Shown in pieces: positions 44,779-46,712 of a stretch of DNA of 46,712 nucleotides. Position numbers and translations under genes: made by a program. Each line of letters begins with the position of its first letter. The stretch's first letter is position 1. The notes beneath the pieces are model-generated. The model made no database searches, was not told the DNA's origin, and was given only the letters and a program-made list of their open reading frames with translations. This DNA is from a virus (lineage: Duplodnaviria; Caudoviricetes): IMG/VR virus record IMGVR_UViG_3300024310_000012, positions 1-46,712 of that record; one strand, written 5' to 3'.

Positions 44779-44807
44779 TCTCCGACGCGGAGATTTTGGA
44801 GGAAGCG

Positions 44808-45032
44808 ATGGACAACCTGATGATGGACATAATCAACGCCACTTTCGAGGACGGCGTGCGGGCAGCGGGCGACGAGGCTAACCTGTGCTCGCGCAAGCTC
44901 CGCGTCGCCATCGTGGCGCTGGAGCAGATCGCCGAGGCGCCGGCCGGCGCGGCGAACGGGGAGAGCGCGGATGCTCTGGCCCGCCGCCTGGCCGCGCGCA
45001 CCGCCCTCGACCGGATCGCGGGGCTGAAATGA
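44808..45032 (+). CDS. Hypothetical early protein
   Basis: GGAGGA SD before ATG 44808. Confidence 0.65.
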   Translation: MDNLMMDIINATFEDGVRAAGDEANLCSRKLRVAIVALEQIAEAPAGAANGESADALARRLAARTALDRIAGLK

Positions 45033-45214
45033 CCGCGCAAGAATTTAGGACCGAGGGATGGCATTCGGTGGACGCGGGAGACCTGCCGCCGACCGACGCA
45101 ATCGTTGAGTTCGCTCGCGATGAAGCTGTCCACAAACAACCCAGTTGGTTTGGGCGCTGGGGTGACCTCGACCCAGCGTTCAACATCGCCGGACTTTGGT
45201 GGAGGGAGCCATGA
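45029..45214 (+). CDS. Hypothetical protein
   Basis: ATGA coupling at both ends. Confidence 0.6.
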   Translation: MTAQEFRTEGWHSVDAGDLPPTDAIVEFARDEAVHKQPSWFGRWGDLDPAFNIAGLWWREP

Positions 45215-45306
45215 TCGAGCGCCTGGGTTCGTTCTTCGCCGGCCTCAGCCTGGCCTTCGCCCTCCTCGTGCTCTTCGCCCCCTGGATTGTGAGGATATTC
45301 CTGTGA
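45211..45306 (+). CDS. Small TM peptide, 31 aa
   Basis: GGAGGGAG SD; ATGA and GTGA overlaps; hydrophobic. Confidence 0.55.
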   Translation: MIERLGSFFAGLSLAFALLVLFAPWIVRIFL

Positions 45307-46265
45307 ACCTCGGATTGAGCGACCAGCAAAAAGCGGAAAGGCTGCTGCGGCTGCACGCAGGCGATGCCCCCGCAATCATGGAGGGCAACTACCGCAAGCC
45401 CTACGGGCGCATCAAGCTCGGCGAGGACGACGACCTGTACCCGAGCCTGCCGTGGTTCATTCGCCGGAACATGACCCGCGAGCAGCTGGAGTTCGCGGCA
45501 TCGAAGGGCAACTACACCGAACCGTTCAACCTCGCCGTCACGATGGAGCGAACCGGGCGGCCGATCACATACTTTTCAGACAATCCATTGATGCGAACGA
45601 TTTGGCGAGAGTTGACCGCCGGCGGCGCCGCTCGCCAAATCGAGCTTGTCATCTGCCCGCAATACCCGTTCATGGCGTGCAACCTCGACGGCATGACGAT
45701 GACCCCGCAAGGCCATCGCTCGGTCATCGACGCCAAGGACCTGAGCCGCGTCGGCGAGGCTGAAATCCTCAAATACACGCCCTACGGGGTCTGGCAGGCG
45801 ACGTGTGCCGGGACCGACTGGTGGGGCCTCTCGATCATCAGCGGCGGAAAATGGGAAGAACCCTATTTTGCCGCTGTCGATCCTCTGTATCAGGCCGATA
45901 TGATCGCCCGCGCTACGGCCTGCTGGGGCTACATCGAGCGCGGCGAGGAGCCGCCCGAGGATGCGGCCGAGCCCGTGCTGGCGCCGAAGCCGACGCCCAA
46001 GCTGCGCACGATCATCGCGCCGACCGAGGAAGATGAGGTATGGGCCGCGATGGTGCGCCAAGACAACTGGCTGAGCGAGGCGCGCGATCACATCCGCGCC
46101 ATCGTCGGCACCGATGCCGCCGCGAAGGTCAACGCGATCCACCGCGAGGCGATGAAGGGCCTAGTCCCTCCCGAGGTCGGTCTGGTCGAGATGGGACGGT
46201 ACAAGGGCAAACGCGACAAGGCCGGCGATCTACGGCAGACCGTCGCCAAGCTGGAGGAGGAGTGA
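45303..46265 (+). CDS. YqaJ/lambda-exonuclease-like viral recombination nuclease
   Basis: R...L.AGDA.AIM, G..TEPFN, P.MACNLDG, VIDAK (PD-(D/E)xK); same operon as ERF across the junction. Confidence 0.8.
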   Translation: MNLGLSDQQKAERLLRLHAGDAPAIMEGNYRKPYGRIKLGEDDDLYPSLPWFIRRNMTREQLEFAASKGNYTEPFNLAVTMERTGRPITYFSDNPLMRTIWRELTAGGAARQIELVICPQYPFMACNLDGMTMTPQGHRSVIDAKDLSRVGEAEILKYTPYGVWQATCAGTDWWGLSIISGGKWEEPYFAAVDPLYQADMIARATACWGYIERGEEPPEDAAEPVLAPKPTPKLRTIIAPTEEDEVWAAMVRQDNWLSEARDHIRAIVGTDAAAKVNAIHREAMKGLVPPEVGLVEMGRYKGKRDKAGDLRQTVAKLEEE

Positions 46266-46266
46266 A

Positions 46267-46602
46267 ATGGTTAAAATAGACGATTTGACGCTTGGGCAGA
46301 TCAAGTCCCTGAGCTTTCTTTTTGGGCAAGGGTCTGTTGACAATAGCGCATGGGAGATTGGAGAAAACTATCTTATTCGTACCGTAACTATGATTGATAC
46401 AGGCAGACTTGTTGCGGTTACGTCTCAAGAGATTGTTCTTGAAGATGCCGCATGGATTTCTGACACCGGGCGCTTTGCCGACGCCCTTGAGAAAGCAGAG
46501 TTCGGTGAGGTCGAGCCATTTCCGGCAGGGAGAATCGTGGTTGGCCGAGGGGCAGTCGTTGACGCAGTAAAAATTAAGAGTCTTCCGAGGTCTCAGAAAT
46601 GA
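46267..46602 (+). CDS. Phage hypothetical protein, DUF6948-like (SH3/Sm-like)
   Basis: IG..YLIRTVT...TG.LV.V...E.VL.DA.WI.DTGRF..AL; GGAGGAG SD. Confidence 0.75.
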   Translation: MVKIDDLTLGQIKSLSFLFGQGSVDNSAWEIGENYLIRTVTMIDTGRLVAVTSQEIVLEDAAWISDTGRFADALEKAEFGEVEPFPAGRIVVGRGAVVDAVKIKSLPRSQK

Positions 46603-46705
46603 ACAGCGCCCTATTGAGGGCCGGCCTCGATGGGTCGTGGTCGCGGTCGCGGTCGCGGTCGGGGTCGCGGTCGCGGTCGTGGTCGCGGTCGCGGTCGGGG
46701 TCGCG
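46580..46705. repeat. Terminal direct repeat / assembly overlap (copy 2)
   Basis: Identical to 1-126. Confidence 0.95.
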
Positions 46706-46712
46706 ACCGCGA

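Noticed and set aside
46706-46712. Divergent final 7 nt (accgcga)
   Set aside because: It is the reverse complement of the repeat sequence tcgcggt; probable fold-back or assembly artefact.
1-46712. tRNA, rRNA, integrase/att site, IS elements
   Set aside because: None recognised by eye; a tRNAscan/Infernal and HMM run would be needed to exclude them formally.

Overview
The window is an apparently complete, circularly permuted genome of a GC-rich tailed (podovirus-like) phage, about 46,579 bp: bases 1-126 recur at 46580-46705. Promoter style and signal peptides suggest an alphaproteobacterial host (inference). A long minus-strand late region (36456 to 2220) encodes a holin, terminase, portal, scaffold, N4-gp56-type major capsid, adaptor, nozzle, fibres, endolysin, GNAT, three ejection proteins and a PurD-like ATP-grasp enzyme. 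Early and replication genes include a YqaJ-like nuclease, an ERF annealing protein, KTSC, RusA-like, a PP-loop protein, an HTH replication initiator with an internal iteron origin, and an N4/N6 DNA methyltransferase. I see no integrase, tRNA, CRISPR array or reverse transcriptase. The main candidate novel system is 11.9-19.3 kb: six virion-appendage-like proteins, including a homolog of the RcGTA head-spike base, all with signal peptides and five with multiple cysteines. They sit beside an O-antigen-ligase-like gene and a His-motif membrane protein, suggesting appendages that fold in the periplasm and attach outside the cytoplasm. Other notable items are a perfect parS site inside the portal gene, nested repeats in the nozzle, several catalytically degenerate enzymes and a Ser-Arg/Trp/Gly repeat peptide. 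All family calls are from motif recognition by eye; no database search was run.
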